Translations under genes and position numbers: made by a program
Part shown: positions 43,080 to 52,262 of the stretch, one piece after another
Layout of the letters: each line of letters opens with the position of its first letter
Position numbering within the stretch: position 1 is the stretch's first letter
The notes under the pieces: generated by a model
The model's database searches: none
The model's input: the letters and a program-made list of their open reading frames with translations, nothing else
What the model was told of the DNA's origin: nothing
Source of the DNA: Alphaproteobacteria bacterium
Lineage (GTDB): Bacteria; Pseudomonadota; Alphaproteobacteria; Rhodobacterales; Rhodobacteraceae
Reading direction: 5' to 3'
DNA length: 64,000 nt
NCBI GenBank assembly: GCA_016869875.1
Contig: VGDE01000001.1
Location: 7,088-71,087 of the forward strand

Positions 43080-43110
43080 AAAAAACCCCGGCGCAGGGAA
43101 ACGCCGGGGT
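43080..43110 (-). terminator. Intrinsic terminator of cenR/sRNA
   Basis: ACCCCGGCG-loop-CGCCGGGG followed by a U6 tract on the minus strand. Confidence 0.8.
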
Positions 43111-43160
43111 ATCAGAGAGGGAGGGGTTGTGGCCGCATCCGCCGACCACTGGGCTTCGGG
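43080..43160 (-). ncRNA. SorX-like small RNA in the cenR 3' UTR
   Basis: 5' hairpin GUGGUCG/CGGCCAC, single-stranded AACCCCUCCCUCUC anti-SD tract, terminator; same genomic position as R. sphaeroides SorX (3' UTR of RSP_0847). Confidence 0.65.
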
Positions 43161-43165
43161 GGCCT

Positions 43166-43190
43166 AACGTCCCGGCCCGGTCTCGGTTCC
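43166..43190 (-). promoter_or_regulatory. Candidate EcfG promoter for the SorX-like sRNA
   Basis: Exact GGAAC-N16-CGTT on the minus strand, downstream of the cenR stop. Confidence 0.6.
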
Positions 43191-43231
43191 AGCCTTTCGC
43201 GGGGCTTTTGCCGAAACCTGACCGCCAAGGG

Positions 43232-43918
43232 TCACGCGACCAGGCGATAGCCGCCCGATTCCGTCACCAGCAGGCGCGCGTTCGAAGGATCGGGCTCGAT
43301 CTTCTGGCGCAGGCGATAGATGTGGGTTTCCAGTGTGTGGGTCGTCACGCCGGCATTATAGCCCCAGACCTCGTGCAGCAGCACGTCGCGCGGCACCACG
43401 CCATCCTGGGCGCGATACAGGAACTTGAGGATGTTCGTTTCCTTCTCGGTCAGGCGGATCTTGCGGTCCCGCGAATCGATCAGCATCTTCATCGCCGGCT
43501 TGAAGGTATAGGGCCCAAGCTGGAAGATCGCGTCCTCAGACTGTTCGTGCGTGCGCAACTGGGCGCGCAGGCGTGCCAAAAGCACAGGAAACTTGAAGGG
43601 CTTGGTCACATAGTCGTTCGCGCCTGCGTCCAGGCCCAGGATGGTGTCGGCATCCGTGTCATGTCCGGTCAGCATCACGATGGGACATTTCACGTTCAGC
43701 TTGCGCAGTTTCTTGCACAGTTCGCGCCCGTCGGTGTCGGGCAGGCCGACGTCCAGCACCACCAGGTCAAAGATGGCGCTCCGGGTGGCCTCGACTGCCT
43801 CGGCACCGCTGCCGGCCTCGGCCACGTCGAAGTCGTCGGTCGCCACCAGTTGCTCGGCCAAGGCTTCGCGCAGGTCTTCCTCGTCGTCGACCAGGAGAAT
43901 CTTTTTCAATCCGGGCAT
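43232..43918 (-). CDS. cenR: OmpR-family response regulator CenR
   Basis: HEQSEDA, RLTEKETNILKFL, VWGYNAGVTTHTLETHIYRLRQKIE. Confidence 0.88.
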   Translation of the reverse strand: MPGLKKILLVDDEEDLREALAEQLVATDDFDVAEAGSGAEAVEATRSAIFDLVVLDVGLPDTDGRELCKKLRKLNVKCPIVMLTGHDTDADTILGLDAGANDYVTKPFKFPVLLARLRAQLRTHEQSEDAIFQLGPYTFKPAMKMLIDSRDRKIRLTEKETNILKFLYRAQDGVVPRDVLLHEVWGYNAGVTTHTLETHIYRLRQKIEPDPSNARLLVTESGGYRLVA

Positions 43919-44053
43919 GTTGCCTCCTATGGCTTGCTTGGGGCAATCAGTGGGAACGGCTGCGCGAACCGTCCAGCAACATGTCGGAAATCTCACATGG
44001 AGTTGTCGGTATCGCGCGCTATGTTTCAGAATGTTTCAAACCAGCGTGGCGCA

Positions 44054-45112
44054 ATGAGCCTGATCCCGACCCTTTCCGAAACCATTGCCCGGGCGCGGGC
44101 CGACCTCCGGATGGGCCTGCCTGTGGTGCTGGGCGATCACGTGGCGGCAGCTGTCGAGACGCTGTCGCCGGCCAGGCTGGAGGATCTGAAGGCATTGGGG
44201 CGCCCGGTGCTGGCGCTGACGGCGCGCCGGGCCGAGACGCTGAAGGCGCGGGTCTATGACGACGGCCTGGCGCGCATCCTGCTGCCGGCGGATGCCGACC
44301 TGCCCTGGCTGCGGGCGCTTGCGGATCCGGCAGGCGACCTGATGACGCCGATGAAGGGGCCGCTGGCCTCGGAACGGGATGGCGACGTCACCCCCCACAA
44401 GGCTGCCCTGGCGCTGGCCAAGTCGGCCGAACTGCTACCCGCGATGCTGCTGGTCGCGGCCGCGCCGCCCCCCGATCTGACGCGCCTGCCGCCGGGCCCG
44501 CTGGTCGCGCGGCTGGCGGCCGAAAACGTCCTTGCCCCGGTGGCTGCGGCGCGTCTGCCGCTGCTGTCGGCCGAAAGCGCGCGGCTGCACATCTTCCGCC
44601 CGGACGACGGCGGGGCCGAGCATTATGCCATCGAGATCGGTGATCCGCCCCGTGAGGCCCCCGTGCTGGCGCGGCTGCATTCGGCCTGCTTCACCGGCGA
44701 CGTTCTGGGCAGCCTGAAGTGCGACTGCGGGCCCCAGTTGAACGCGGCGCTGGGGGCGATGGGTCAGGCGGGGGCGGGGGTGCTGCTGTACCTGAACCAG
44801 GAGGGGCGGGGGATCGGGCTGGCCAACAAGATGCGCGCCTATGACCTGCAGAACCAGGGCTTCGACACGGTCGAGGCAAACCATCGCCTCGGATTCGAGG
44901 ATGACGAGCGCGACTTTCGGATCGGCGCGGGCCTCTTGCGGCGACTGGGCTTTGGTGCCGTGCGGCTGATGACGAACAACCCGCGCAAGGTGGCCATGAT
45001 GGAGACGCATGGCATCACCGTCACCGACCGGGTGCCGCTGATCGTGCCGCGCAACCGCCACAACACCGGCTATCTGGATACCAAGGCAGCCAAGTCGGGC
45101 CACCTCCTGTGA
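44054..45112 (+). CDS. ribA: GTP cyclohydrolase II with degenerate DHBP-synthase-like N-domain
   Basis: RLHSACFTGD..GSLKCDCG, QEGRGIGL.NK, LMTNNP, GHLL. Confidence 0.93.
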   Translation: MSLIPTLSETIARARADLRMGLPVVLGDHVAAAVETLSPARLEDLKALGRPVLALTARRAETLKARVYDDGLARILLPADADLPWLRALADPAGDLMTPMKGPLASERDGDVTPHKAALALAKSAELLPAMLLVAAAPPPDLTRLPPGPLVARLAAENVLAPVAAARLPLLSAESARLHIFRPDDGGAEHYAIEIGDPPREAPVLARLHSACFTGDVLGSLKCDCGPQLNAALGAMGQAGAGVLLYLNQEGRGIGLANKMRAYDLQNQGFDTVEANHRLGFEDDERDFRIGAGLLRRLGFGAVRLMTNNPRKVAMMETHGITVTDRVPLIVPRNRHNTGYLDTKAAKSGHLL

Positions 45113-45642
45113 GCGTGTTCGACATGGTTCTCACCCCGCAGGGCCTGCGCTTCATGGGGCGTCTGTTTCCCTGCAGCATCGGCAGGAACGGTGTGACCGC
45201 GACCAAGCACGAGGGCGACAGGTCCACGCCTGCCGGCCTGCACCGCATCACCGGATTGTGGTACCGCCCCGATCGGCTGGCCCGCCCGGCGCCTTGGGCG
45301 CGGTCCATCGGACCAGGCGACCTTTGGTGCGACGATCCTGCGCATCCGGCCTACAACCACCACGCCCGCGCGCCGTTGGGCGCCAGCCATGAGCGGCTGC
45401 GCCGGGCGGACCCGCTCTACGACCTGATCCTGACGACCGACTGGAACTGGCCTTGCGCCATCTCTGGCGCCGGCTCGGCCATCTTCCTGCACCAGTGGCG
45501 CCGTCCCGGATATGGCACCGAGGGTTGTATCGGTTTTGCGCGCAGCCATCTCCGCTGGATTGCCGGCCGCGCCGTTCCCGGCACGCGCCTGATGGTTCCG
45601 GCCTCTCTTGCCCAGATACCTGCGGCCCGGCCTCAGCCGTAG
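45109..45642 (+). CDS. L,D-transpeptidase (YkuD-like) family protein
   Basis: KHEGD..TP, GSAIFLH...TEGC. Confidence 0.85.
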   Translation: MSVFDMVLTPQGLRFMGRLFPCSIGRNGVTATKHEGDRSTPAGLHRITGLWYRPDRLARPAPWARSIGPGDLWCDDPAHPAYNHHARAPLGASHERLRRADPLYDLILTTDWNWPCAISGAGSAIFLHQWRRPGYGTEGCIGFARSHLRWIAGRAVPGTRLMVPASLAQIPAARPQP

Positions 45643-46286
45643 TCCCGCGCCCCGAAGATCGCCGATCCCACGCGCACATGCGTGGCGCCTTCGGCGATGG
45701 CAATCTCGAAGTCGGCGCTCATCCCCATCGAGAGCAGCGACAGGCCGTTGTCCTGCCCCAGGCGGCGCAGCAGCCGGAAATGCGGGGTCGGGTCCTTGCC
45801 CTCGGGCGGGATGCACATCAGTCCTTCGGGGGACAGTCCCAGTTCGGTGCAGGATCGCAGGAAGCCCGGAACCTCGTCGACCAAAATCCCGGCCTTTTGC
45901 GGCTCGTCCCCGGTGTTGACCTGCACGAACAGCTGCGGCAGGCAGGCCTGATCGGCCAGTTGGGCTGCCAGCTTGCGGGCCAGCGTCATGCGGTCCAGCG
46001 TGTGGATGGCATCAAACAGCCCCACCGCGACCTTGGCCTTGTTCGACTGAAGCGGGCCGATCATGTGAACCGAAACGTCCGGAAAGCGCATGCGCCAGTC
46101 CGGCCACTTGGCCTGCGCCTCCTGAACGTAGTTCTCGCCAAAGACGGCGTGGCCTGAAGCAAGCACGGCCTCCACCCGCTCGGGCGGTTGCACCTTGCTG
46201 ACAGCGATCAGGGTCACGCTGCCCGGTGCGCGTCCGGCAGCCTGTTCTGCCGCAGCGATGCGGCGATTGATGTCGTTCAGTCCCAT
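45633..46286 (-). CDS. yggS: PLP homeostasis protein YggS
   Basis: [40 protein letters not shown]. Confidence 0.95.
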   Translation of the reverse strand: MGLNDINRRIAAAEQAAGRAPGSVTLIAVSKVQPPERVEAVLASGHAVFGENYVQEAQAKWPDWRMRFPDVSVHMIGPLQSNKAKVAVGLFDAIHTLDRMTLARKLAAQLADQACLPQLFVQVNTGDEPQKAGILVDEVPGFLRSCTELGLSPEGLMCIPPEGKDPTPHFRLLRRLGQDNGLSLLSMGMSADFEIAIAEGATHVRVGSAIFGARDYG

Positions 46287-46300
46287 GAAGTGCACCTGAC

Positions 46301-46334
46301 AAAAAGAAAAGAGCGGGCGCAAGGCCCGCTCTCT
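46301..46334 (-). terminator. Porin intrinsic terminator
   Basis: AGAGCGGGC/GCCCGCTCT stem plus UUUUCUUUUU on the minus strand. Confidence 0.8.
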
Positions 46335-46358
46335 CGATTTGACGTTGATCGCAAAGGA

Positions 46359-47354
46359 TCAGAAGTCGAAGCGCACGCCCATGTCCGCACGCAGGTTCTC
46401 GTCATAGCCACGCTCGATTGCACCGGACAGACGGGCACCGCCCAGGTCGTAGCTGGCGCCGATGCCGAACGCATTGTCGGTTTCATTGGCATCTGCGTTG
46501 TTGTTGGCGATATAAGCGCTCACCGTGGTCAAGGGTGCGACAGCGTAGTCACCGTACAGCACAATGGTCTTGCCGAAGTCGACGCCTGCTGCGCTGTTGC
46601 CATTGTCCATCCAGTTCAGACCCACACCGTTTTCGGTGCCGGCCAAGGTGTAGTAGGCACCCAGGAAATACTGGTCATTGCCGTCGATGCCGGCGCCGTC
46701 ACGCACGGCGGCCGCTGCCAGCAGGATGTTATTCCACGTGTAATCGACCGAGACGCTGATTTCCTCATTCGTCGCACCCGAGGTCTGGTCGGGGTCGACA
46801 TAGGAAACCCGTGCTTTCAGAGCATCAACCGCATATTCGGCCGCAATGCCCAGGCGGTTGGAGGTCTGGTTCTCGTTGATGATGGTGCAGGGCTGGTCGG
46901 GATTGTCGACGTCGCACTCGTTGCGGAGGGTGTTCGAGCCATAGGCTTTCGACGCATAGCCGAAGAATGCGCCCGAGCGAGTGCCGTGCGAACGATCCAG
47001 ATAACCGATTTCCGGACCGCCGGCAAGGCCCACCGCGTCATAAGCCGGTGTGACGTTACCCACTGCAACCGTCAGGCCGCTGGCCGTGACATAGATCTGT
47101 CCCGGCGCGAGAGACGTGATCCCGGCATCGCCCTGGTCCCACTGCAGGCGCAAACGTGCACCGAAGTCGACACCCTGATCCGTCGACGTGGTGCCGAGGA
47201 CGTTCAACCGGACGCGCGAAATGACCTGCGTTTCCTGGTCACGGCTTTCCTGATAATCAACGCCGGTACGGCCATAGCCCGAGATGGTCACGTCGGCAGC
47301 AGCCACGCCGGCGGTCAGAACCAGCGCGGTCGAGGCGATAAGAGCCTTTTTCAT
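46359..47354 (-). CDS. General outer-membrane porin (Rhodobacter/Paracoccus type)
   Basis: MKKALIASTAL signal, ADVTISGYGRTG, YDLGGA, C-terminal ADMGVRFDF. Confidence 0.93.
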   Translation of the reverse strand: MKKALIASTALVLTAGVAAADVTISGYGRTGVDYQESRDQETQVISRVRLNVLGTTSTDQGVDFGARLRLQWDQGDAGITSLAPGQIYVTASGLTVAVGNVTPAYDAVGLAGGPEIGYLDRSHGTRSGAFFGYASKAYGSNTLRNECDVDNPDQPCTIINENQTSNRLGIAAEYAVDALKARVSYVDPDQTSGATNEEISVSVDYTWNNILLAAAAVRDGAGIDGNDQYFLGAYYTLAGTENGVGLNWMDNGNSAAGVDFGKTIVLYGDYAVAPLTTVSAYIANNNADANETDNAFGIGASYDLGGARLSGAIERGYDENLRADMGVRFDF

Positions 47355-47621
47355 GGATATGTTCCCTCTTGTCTCTCTGATGCCCAAGCCGGCGGTCCCG
47401 CCCTGGGTATGCGATTTGTTTCACCCTTTCGAAGTTGTGATGCAACGGAATCAAGTGTCGCCTGATTTCTTTACCCAATTCCATGATGCACAAGGGCCAC
47501 ACCTGTTGTGGCAGCCGCTGCGGCCGCCCGCCGAACGCTGCAGGTGCAGGGCCCAAAGCGCTTGTTTTGCCTTGCCGTTCCGCGTTAATGCTGGCGCCGG
47601 AACAAGGACCCGGGGGATGGC

Positions 47622-48107
47622 ATGGATATGGCACAGGCAGCACGCCTGCTGATCGTCACGACGCTTTGCGCGGGGCTGGCGGCTTGCGGAAATTCGGGCC
47701 GCGGCTCGTCCGAACCGGCCTCGATCCTGACCGATCCCGACATGCGGCCCTCGGCACGCTCGACGCGCATCCAGGACGTCTTTGCACGGTCCGAGAAGCC
47801 CAACCAGACAGTCGGGGTGAACAAGTATCTGTGGAACGCCAGCCTCGAAGTGCTGAACTTTCTGCCCGTCCAGACGATCGACCCGTTCACCGGCGTGATC
47901 CAGACCGGTTATGGCACGCCACCGGGCGGAGGGCGGTCCTATCGCGCGACGGTTCAGATCAGCGATCCCGCGCTGGACGCCCGCAGTCTGCGCTTGTCGC
48001 TGCAGGGCCCGGGCGGCGGCGCGGTCGAGCCGGGCACCGTGCGCGCCGTCGAGGATGCGATCCTGACCCGCGCCCGCCAGTTGCGCCTGCGCGACGGCCG
48101 CCTTTGA
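47622..48107 (+). CDS. DUF3576 lipoprotein
   Basis: Lipobox LAAC, VNKYLWNASL, DPFTGVI, EDAILTRARQL. Confidence 0.88.
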   Translation: MDMAQAARLLIVTTLCAGLAACGNSGRGSSEPASILTDPDMRPSARSTRIQDVFARSEKPNQTVGVNKYLWNASLEVLNFLPVQTIDPFTGVIQTGYGTPPGGGRSYRATVQISDPALDARSLRLSLQGPGGGAVEPGTVRAVEDAILTRARQLRLRDGRL

Positions 48108-48204
48108 TCGCTGGCGGCGCAGGTGGCCTGCGCCGTGGCCCTCTGGACCCGCTGATGCGGGGGGTATAAACCCTGCGGGCAACGAATGACGCCCGAGGTT
48201 CCCG

Positions 48205-50745
48205 ATGCCCTATGATCCCGCGACAAGCGAAACCCGCTGGCAGAAGGCCTGGGCCGATGCCGGCAGCTTTACCGCCACGCGCGACGAGCGGCCGAAATAC
48301 TATGTCCTCGAGATGTTTCCCTATCCTTCGGGGCGCATCCACATGGGCCATGTGCGCAACTATACGATGGGCGACGTGGTGGCGCGCTTCAAGCGGGCGC
48401 AGGGGTTCAGCGTGCTGCACCCGATGGGCTGGGACGCGTTCGGCATGCCGGCCGAAAATGCGGCGATGGAACAGGGCGGCCATCCGCGCGACTGGACCTA
48501 TGCCAACATCGCCACCATGCGCGAACAGCTGAAGCCCCTGGGCCTGTCCATCGACTGGAGCCGCGAGTTCGCGACCTGCGACGACGCCTATGTGGCCCAG
48601 CAGCAGGCGCTGTTCCTGGACATGCTGGAGGCGGGCCTGATCACGCGCAAGTCGGCGCAGGTCAACTGGGACCCGGTCGACATGACCGTTCTGGCCAACG
48701 AGCAGGTGATCGACGGCAAGGGCTGGCGGTCCGGTGCGACGGTCGAACGGCGCGAACTGACGCAATGGTTCTTCCGGATCTCGGATTACTCGGACGAACT
48801 GCTGGAGGCGCTGGACGGGCTGAAGGGCTGGCCCGAGAAGGTGCGCCTGATGCAGTCGAACTGGATCGGCAAGTCGCGCGGGCTGCAGTTCCGCTTTGCC
48901 ATGGTGGATGCGCCCGACGGTTTCGAGCAGATCGAGGTGTACACAACGCGCCCCGACACGCTGATGGGTGCCAGCTTCGTGGCGCTGTCGCCGGACCACC
49001 CGCTGGTCAAGCAACTGGCCGAGACGCGCCCCGAGATCGAGGCCTTCCGCGAGGAATGCCGCAAGATCGGCACCACCGAAGAGGCCATCGAAACCGCGCC
49101 CAAGCTGGGCTTCGACACCGGCCTGACCGTTCAACACCCGCTGGACCCGGACTGGCAGCTGCCGATCTGGATCGCGAACTTCGTGCTGATGGACTATGGC
49201 ACCGGCGCCATCTTCGGCAGCCCGGCGCATGACGAGCGTGACCACGAGTTCGCGACGAAATACGGGCTGCCGATCCGGGCGACCTTTGGTGAACGGGGCA
49301 TGGATCAGGCGCAGGCCGATGCGCTGGTCGCAAAGGCGCCCTTTGTGCCCGCCAAGTCCGAGATCGTGACCTATGTGCGCGGCTTCTCGGGCGAGGCCGA
49401 TCAGACGGGCGAGGCTGCGGTGGATGCCGCCATCGCTCATGCCGAGGCGCAAGGCTATGGCGAGGGCGTGACCAAGTTCCGCCTGCGCGACTGGGGCATC
49501 TCGCGCCAGCGCTATTGGGGCTGCCCGATCCCGGTGGTTCATTGCGACAGCTGCGGCACGGTGCCCGAGGTGAAGCAGAACCTGCCCGTGCTGCTGCCGC
49601 AGGACGTCATCTTCGACGTGCCCGGAAACCCGCTGGACCGCCACCCGACTTGGCGTCAGGCCAGCTGCCCCAAATGCGGCGGCGAGGCGCGGCGGGAAAC
49701 GGACACGATGGACACCTTCGTGGACAGCAGCTGGTATTACGCGCGCTTCACGTCGCCCCAGGCCGATACGCCGACGACGCGTGCGGATGCGGATTACTGG
49801 ATGAACGTGGACCAGTATATCGGCGGGATCGAGCACGCGATCCTGCACCTGCTGTATTCCCGCTTCTTTGCCCGGGCGATGGTGAAAACCGGACATCTGC
49901 CTGAAAAGGCCAGGGAGCCGTTCGACGCGCTGTTCACGCAGGGAATGGTCACGCACGAGATCTACATGACCCGGGACGAGCGGGGCCGGTCGGTCTATCA
50001 CCTGCCCGAGGACGTGACGGACGGCAAGCTGGCGGATGGCACCGCGGTCGAGGTCATTCCTTCGGCCAAGATGTCGAAGTCGAAGAAGAACGTCGTCGAT
50101 CCCGTCAACATCGTGAGCAGCTTTGGCGCCGACACGGCGCGCTGGTTCATGCTGTCCGACAGCCCGCCCGAGCGGGACGTCGAATGGACCGCCTCGGGGG
50201 CCGAGGCTGCGGCCAAGTTCCTGGCCCGCGTCTTCCGGCTGGCCGAGGAGACCCCGGCCGATGGCGGTGACGATGCCGACCTGACGCGGGCGGCGCATCG
50301 CGCCATTGCCGATGTGACGGCGGCCATCGAGGGCTTTGCCTTCAACAAGGCGGTGGCCAAGCTTTATGAACTGGCCAATGCCATCGGCAAGTCCAGGGCC
50401 GGGGGCGAGGCGCGCCGCGAGGTCCTGCGGATCATGGCGCAGCTGATGGCGCCCATGGTGCCGCACCTGGCCGAAGAAGTCTGGTCCGTCGCAGGCGGGC
50501 AGGGCATGGTCGTGGACGCCGCCTGGCCCAAGGCGGACCCGGCCCTGCTGGAGAGCGACAGCGTGATCCTGCCCATCCAGATCAACGGCAAGCGGCGGGC
50601 CGAGATCGAGGTGCCCAAGACCATGCCCAAGGACCAGATCGAGGCGATGGTGCTGGCGGACGAAACGGTGCAGCGTTTCCTGGAAGGGGCAGCGCCGAAA
50701 AAGCTGATCGTCGTGCCGGGGCGGATCGTCAATGTGGTCGCCTGA
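48205..50745 (+). CDS. leuS: Leucine--tRNA ligase
   Basis: [24 protein letters not shown]. Confidence 0.98.
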   Translation: MPYDPATSETRWQKAWADAGSFTATRDERPKYYVLEMFPYPSGRIHMGHVRNYTMGDVVARFKRAQGFSVLHPMGWDAFGMPAENAAMEQGGHPRDWTYANIATMREQLKPLGLSIDWSREFATCDDAYVAQQQALFLDMLEAGLITRKSAQVNWDPVDMTVLANEQVIDGKGWRSGATVERRELTQWFFRISDYSDELLEALDGLKGWPEKVRLMQSNWIGKSRGLQFRFAMVDAPDGFEQIEVYTTRPDTLMGASFVALSPDHPLVKQLAETRPEIEAFREECRKIGTTEEAIETAPKLGFDTGLTVQHPLDPDWQLPIWIANFVLMDYGTGAIFGSPAHDERDHEFATKYGLPIRATFGERGMDQAQADALVAKAPFVPAKSEIVTYVRGFSGEADQTGEAAVDAAIAHAEAQGYGEGVTKFRLRDWGISRQRYWGCPIPVVHCDSCGTVPEVKQNLPVLLPQDVIFDVPGNPLDRHPTWRQASCPKCGGEARRETDTMDTFVDSSWYYARFTSPQADTPTTRADADYWMNVDQYIGGIEHAILHLLYSRFFARAMVKTGHLPEKAREPFDALFTQGMVTHEIYMTRDERGRSVYHLPEDVTDGKLADGTAVEVIPSAKMSKSKKNVVDPVNIVSSFGADTARWFMLSDSPPERDVEWTASGAEAAAKFLARVFRLAEETPADGGDDADLTRAAHRAIADVTAAIEGFAFNKAVAKLYELANAIGKSRAGGEARREVLRIMAQLMAPMVPHLAEEVWSVAGGQGMVVDAAWPKADPALLESDSVILPIQINGKRRAEIEVPKTMPKDQIEAMVLADETVQRFLEGAAPKKLIVVPGRIVNVVA

Positions 50746-51226
50746 CCGCATCCCGCGGCGCGCGGTCCTTCTGGGGCTGCTGGCACTGTCGGCCTGCGGG
50801 CTGAGCCCGATCCACGGGCCGGGCGGCGGGGGCGACCGACTGTTCGGCAAGGTGCGCCCGCGCGACCCGGACACGCCTCTCGACTTTGTCTTCAACCGCC
50901 GCCTGGCCGAGCGGCTGGGACCGGAGAACGCTGCGATCTATGACCTGGATTACCGGATCAACGCCAGCGTCGTCAGCCAGGCCATCACGCCGGACGAGGT
51001 GACAACCCGCTATTCGCTGAACGGCACCGCCGATTTCGCACTGACCGGGCCGCAGGGGCAGGTCATCACGCGGGGACGGGTCAGCAGCTTTACCTCCTAT
51101 TCGACAACGGGCACGACCATCTCGACCTTGGCAGCCGAGGCGGACGCGCGGGAACGGCTGGCGCTGATGCTGGCCGATCAGGTGGTGACGCGCCTGCTGG
51201 CCGCCGCCGGGTCGCTGCCGGAATGA
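50732..51226 (+). CDS. lptE: LPS assembly lipoprotein LptE
   Basis: Lipobox LSACG; lies between leuS and holA. Confidence 0.85.
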   Translation: MWSPDRIPRRAVLLGLLALSACGLSPIHGPGGGGDRLFGKVRPRDPDTPLDFVFNRRLAERLGPENAAIYDLDYRINASVVSQAITPDEVTTRYSLNGTADFALTGPQGQVITRGRVSSFTSYSTTGTTISTLAAEADARERLALMLADQVVTRLLAAAGSLPE

Positions 51227-51233
51227 GGGCGCG

Positions 51234-52262
51234 ATGCTGCTGAAAGGCGGCGAGATCGTGCGCTATCTGGCACGGCCTGACCCGTCACGCCCGGCCCTGC
51301 TGATCTATGGCCAGGACCCGATGCGGGTGGCGTTGAAGCGGGCCGAGGCCGTGAGGGCGCTGGTCGGAGAAAAGGCTGACGAGGAGATGCGCCTGACGCG
51401 GATGTCCGGCGCAGGGCTGAGGAAAGACCCGGCCCAGCTGATCGACGCCGTGCGGGAAGTCGGGTTTTTTCCGGGTCCCCGTGTCGTTCTGGTGGACGAG
51501 GCACCCGATACGGCGGCGGAGGCGATACGTGCAGCCCTGGCCGATTGGCGGCAGGGTGATGCGGTGGTCGTGGTGACCGCGGGCAGCCTTGGCAAATCCT
51601 CGGCGCTGCGCAAGCTGTTCGAAACCCATGGTCAGGCCGTCACGGCGCCCGTTTACGACGATCCGCCCGGAGAGGACGAGGTGTCCGGCTGGCTTTTGGA
51701 GGCAGGCCTGCGCGAGGTGCCGCGCGATGCCATGCGCGAGCTGATGCTGCTGTCCCGCGCGCTGGACCCGGGCGACCTGCGCCAGACCATCGAGAAGATC
51801 GGGCTTTACAAGCACGACGATCCCGCGCCGCTGACCGTCGAGGAGATCGCGCTGCTGGCGCCTGCCACGGTCGAGGCCGACCTCGACGAACTGATCCATG
51901 TGGTCGCCGAACGGCGCGAAGCCGACTTTGGCTCGCTGATGCGCCGGATCGATCAGCAGGGCATTGCCCCCGTGACCCTGTGCATCGCCGCCCTGCGCCA
52001 TTTCCGCGCCCTTCATCTGGCGGCGGCGGATCCCGCAGGGCCGGGGGTGGCGCTGGCGCGAGCGCGGCCGCCGGTCTTTGGCCCGCGCCGCGACCGCATG
52101 GCGCGGCAGGCGCAGTCATGGGGAATGGGCCCGCTGGAGGAGGCGGTGTCCATGCTGCTGGACACCGACATGACGCTGCGCTCGACCAGCCGCGCGCCGC
52201 AGATGCCGCTGGTGGAACGGGCGCTGCTGCGGCTGGCGATGAAACCCAGGGGCCGGCGGTGA
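51234..52262 (+). CDS. holA: DNA polymerase III subunit delta
   Basis: LIYGQD, L.KSSALRKLFE, PPVFG; leuS-lptE-holA order. Confidence 0.9.
   Translation: MLLKGGEIVRYLARPDPSRPALLIYGQDPMRVALKRAEAVRALVGEKADEEMRLTRMSGAGLRKDPAQLIDAVREVGFFPGPRVVLVDEAPDTAAEAIRAALADWRQGDAVVVVTAGSLGKSSALRKLFETHGQAVTAPVYDDPPGEDEVSGWLLEAGLREVPRDAMRELMLLSRALDPGDLRQTIEKIGLYKHDDPAPLTVEEIALLAPATVEADLDELIHVVAERREADFGSLMRRIDQQGIAPVTLCIAALRHFRALHLAAADPAGPGVALARARPPVFGPRRDRMARQAQSWGMGPLEEAVSMLLDTDMTLRSTSRAPQMPLVERALLRLAMKPRGRR

Noticed and set aside
47959-50895. Very long antisense or alternate-frame ORFs (e.g. 978 aa here, 32615-35464, 22767-25325, 15279-17798, 60557-63058)
   Set aside because: They are shadows of real genes caused by high GC and few stop codons, with Arg/Pro/Gly-rich or reverse-codon composition and no motifs. 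Only the 3' part of 60557-63058 (mepA) is real.
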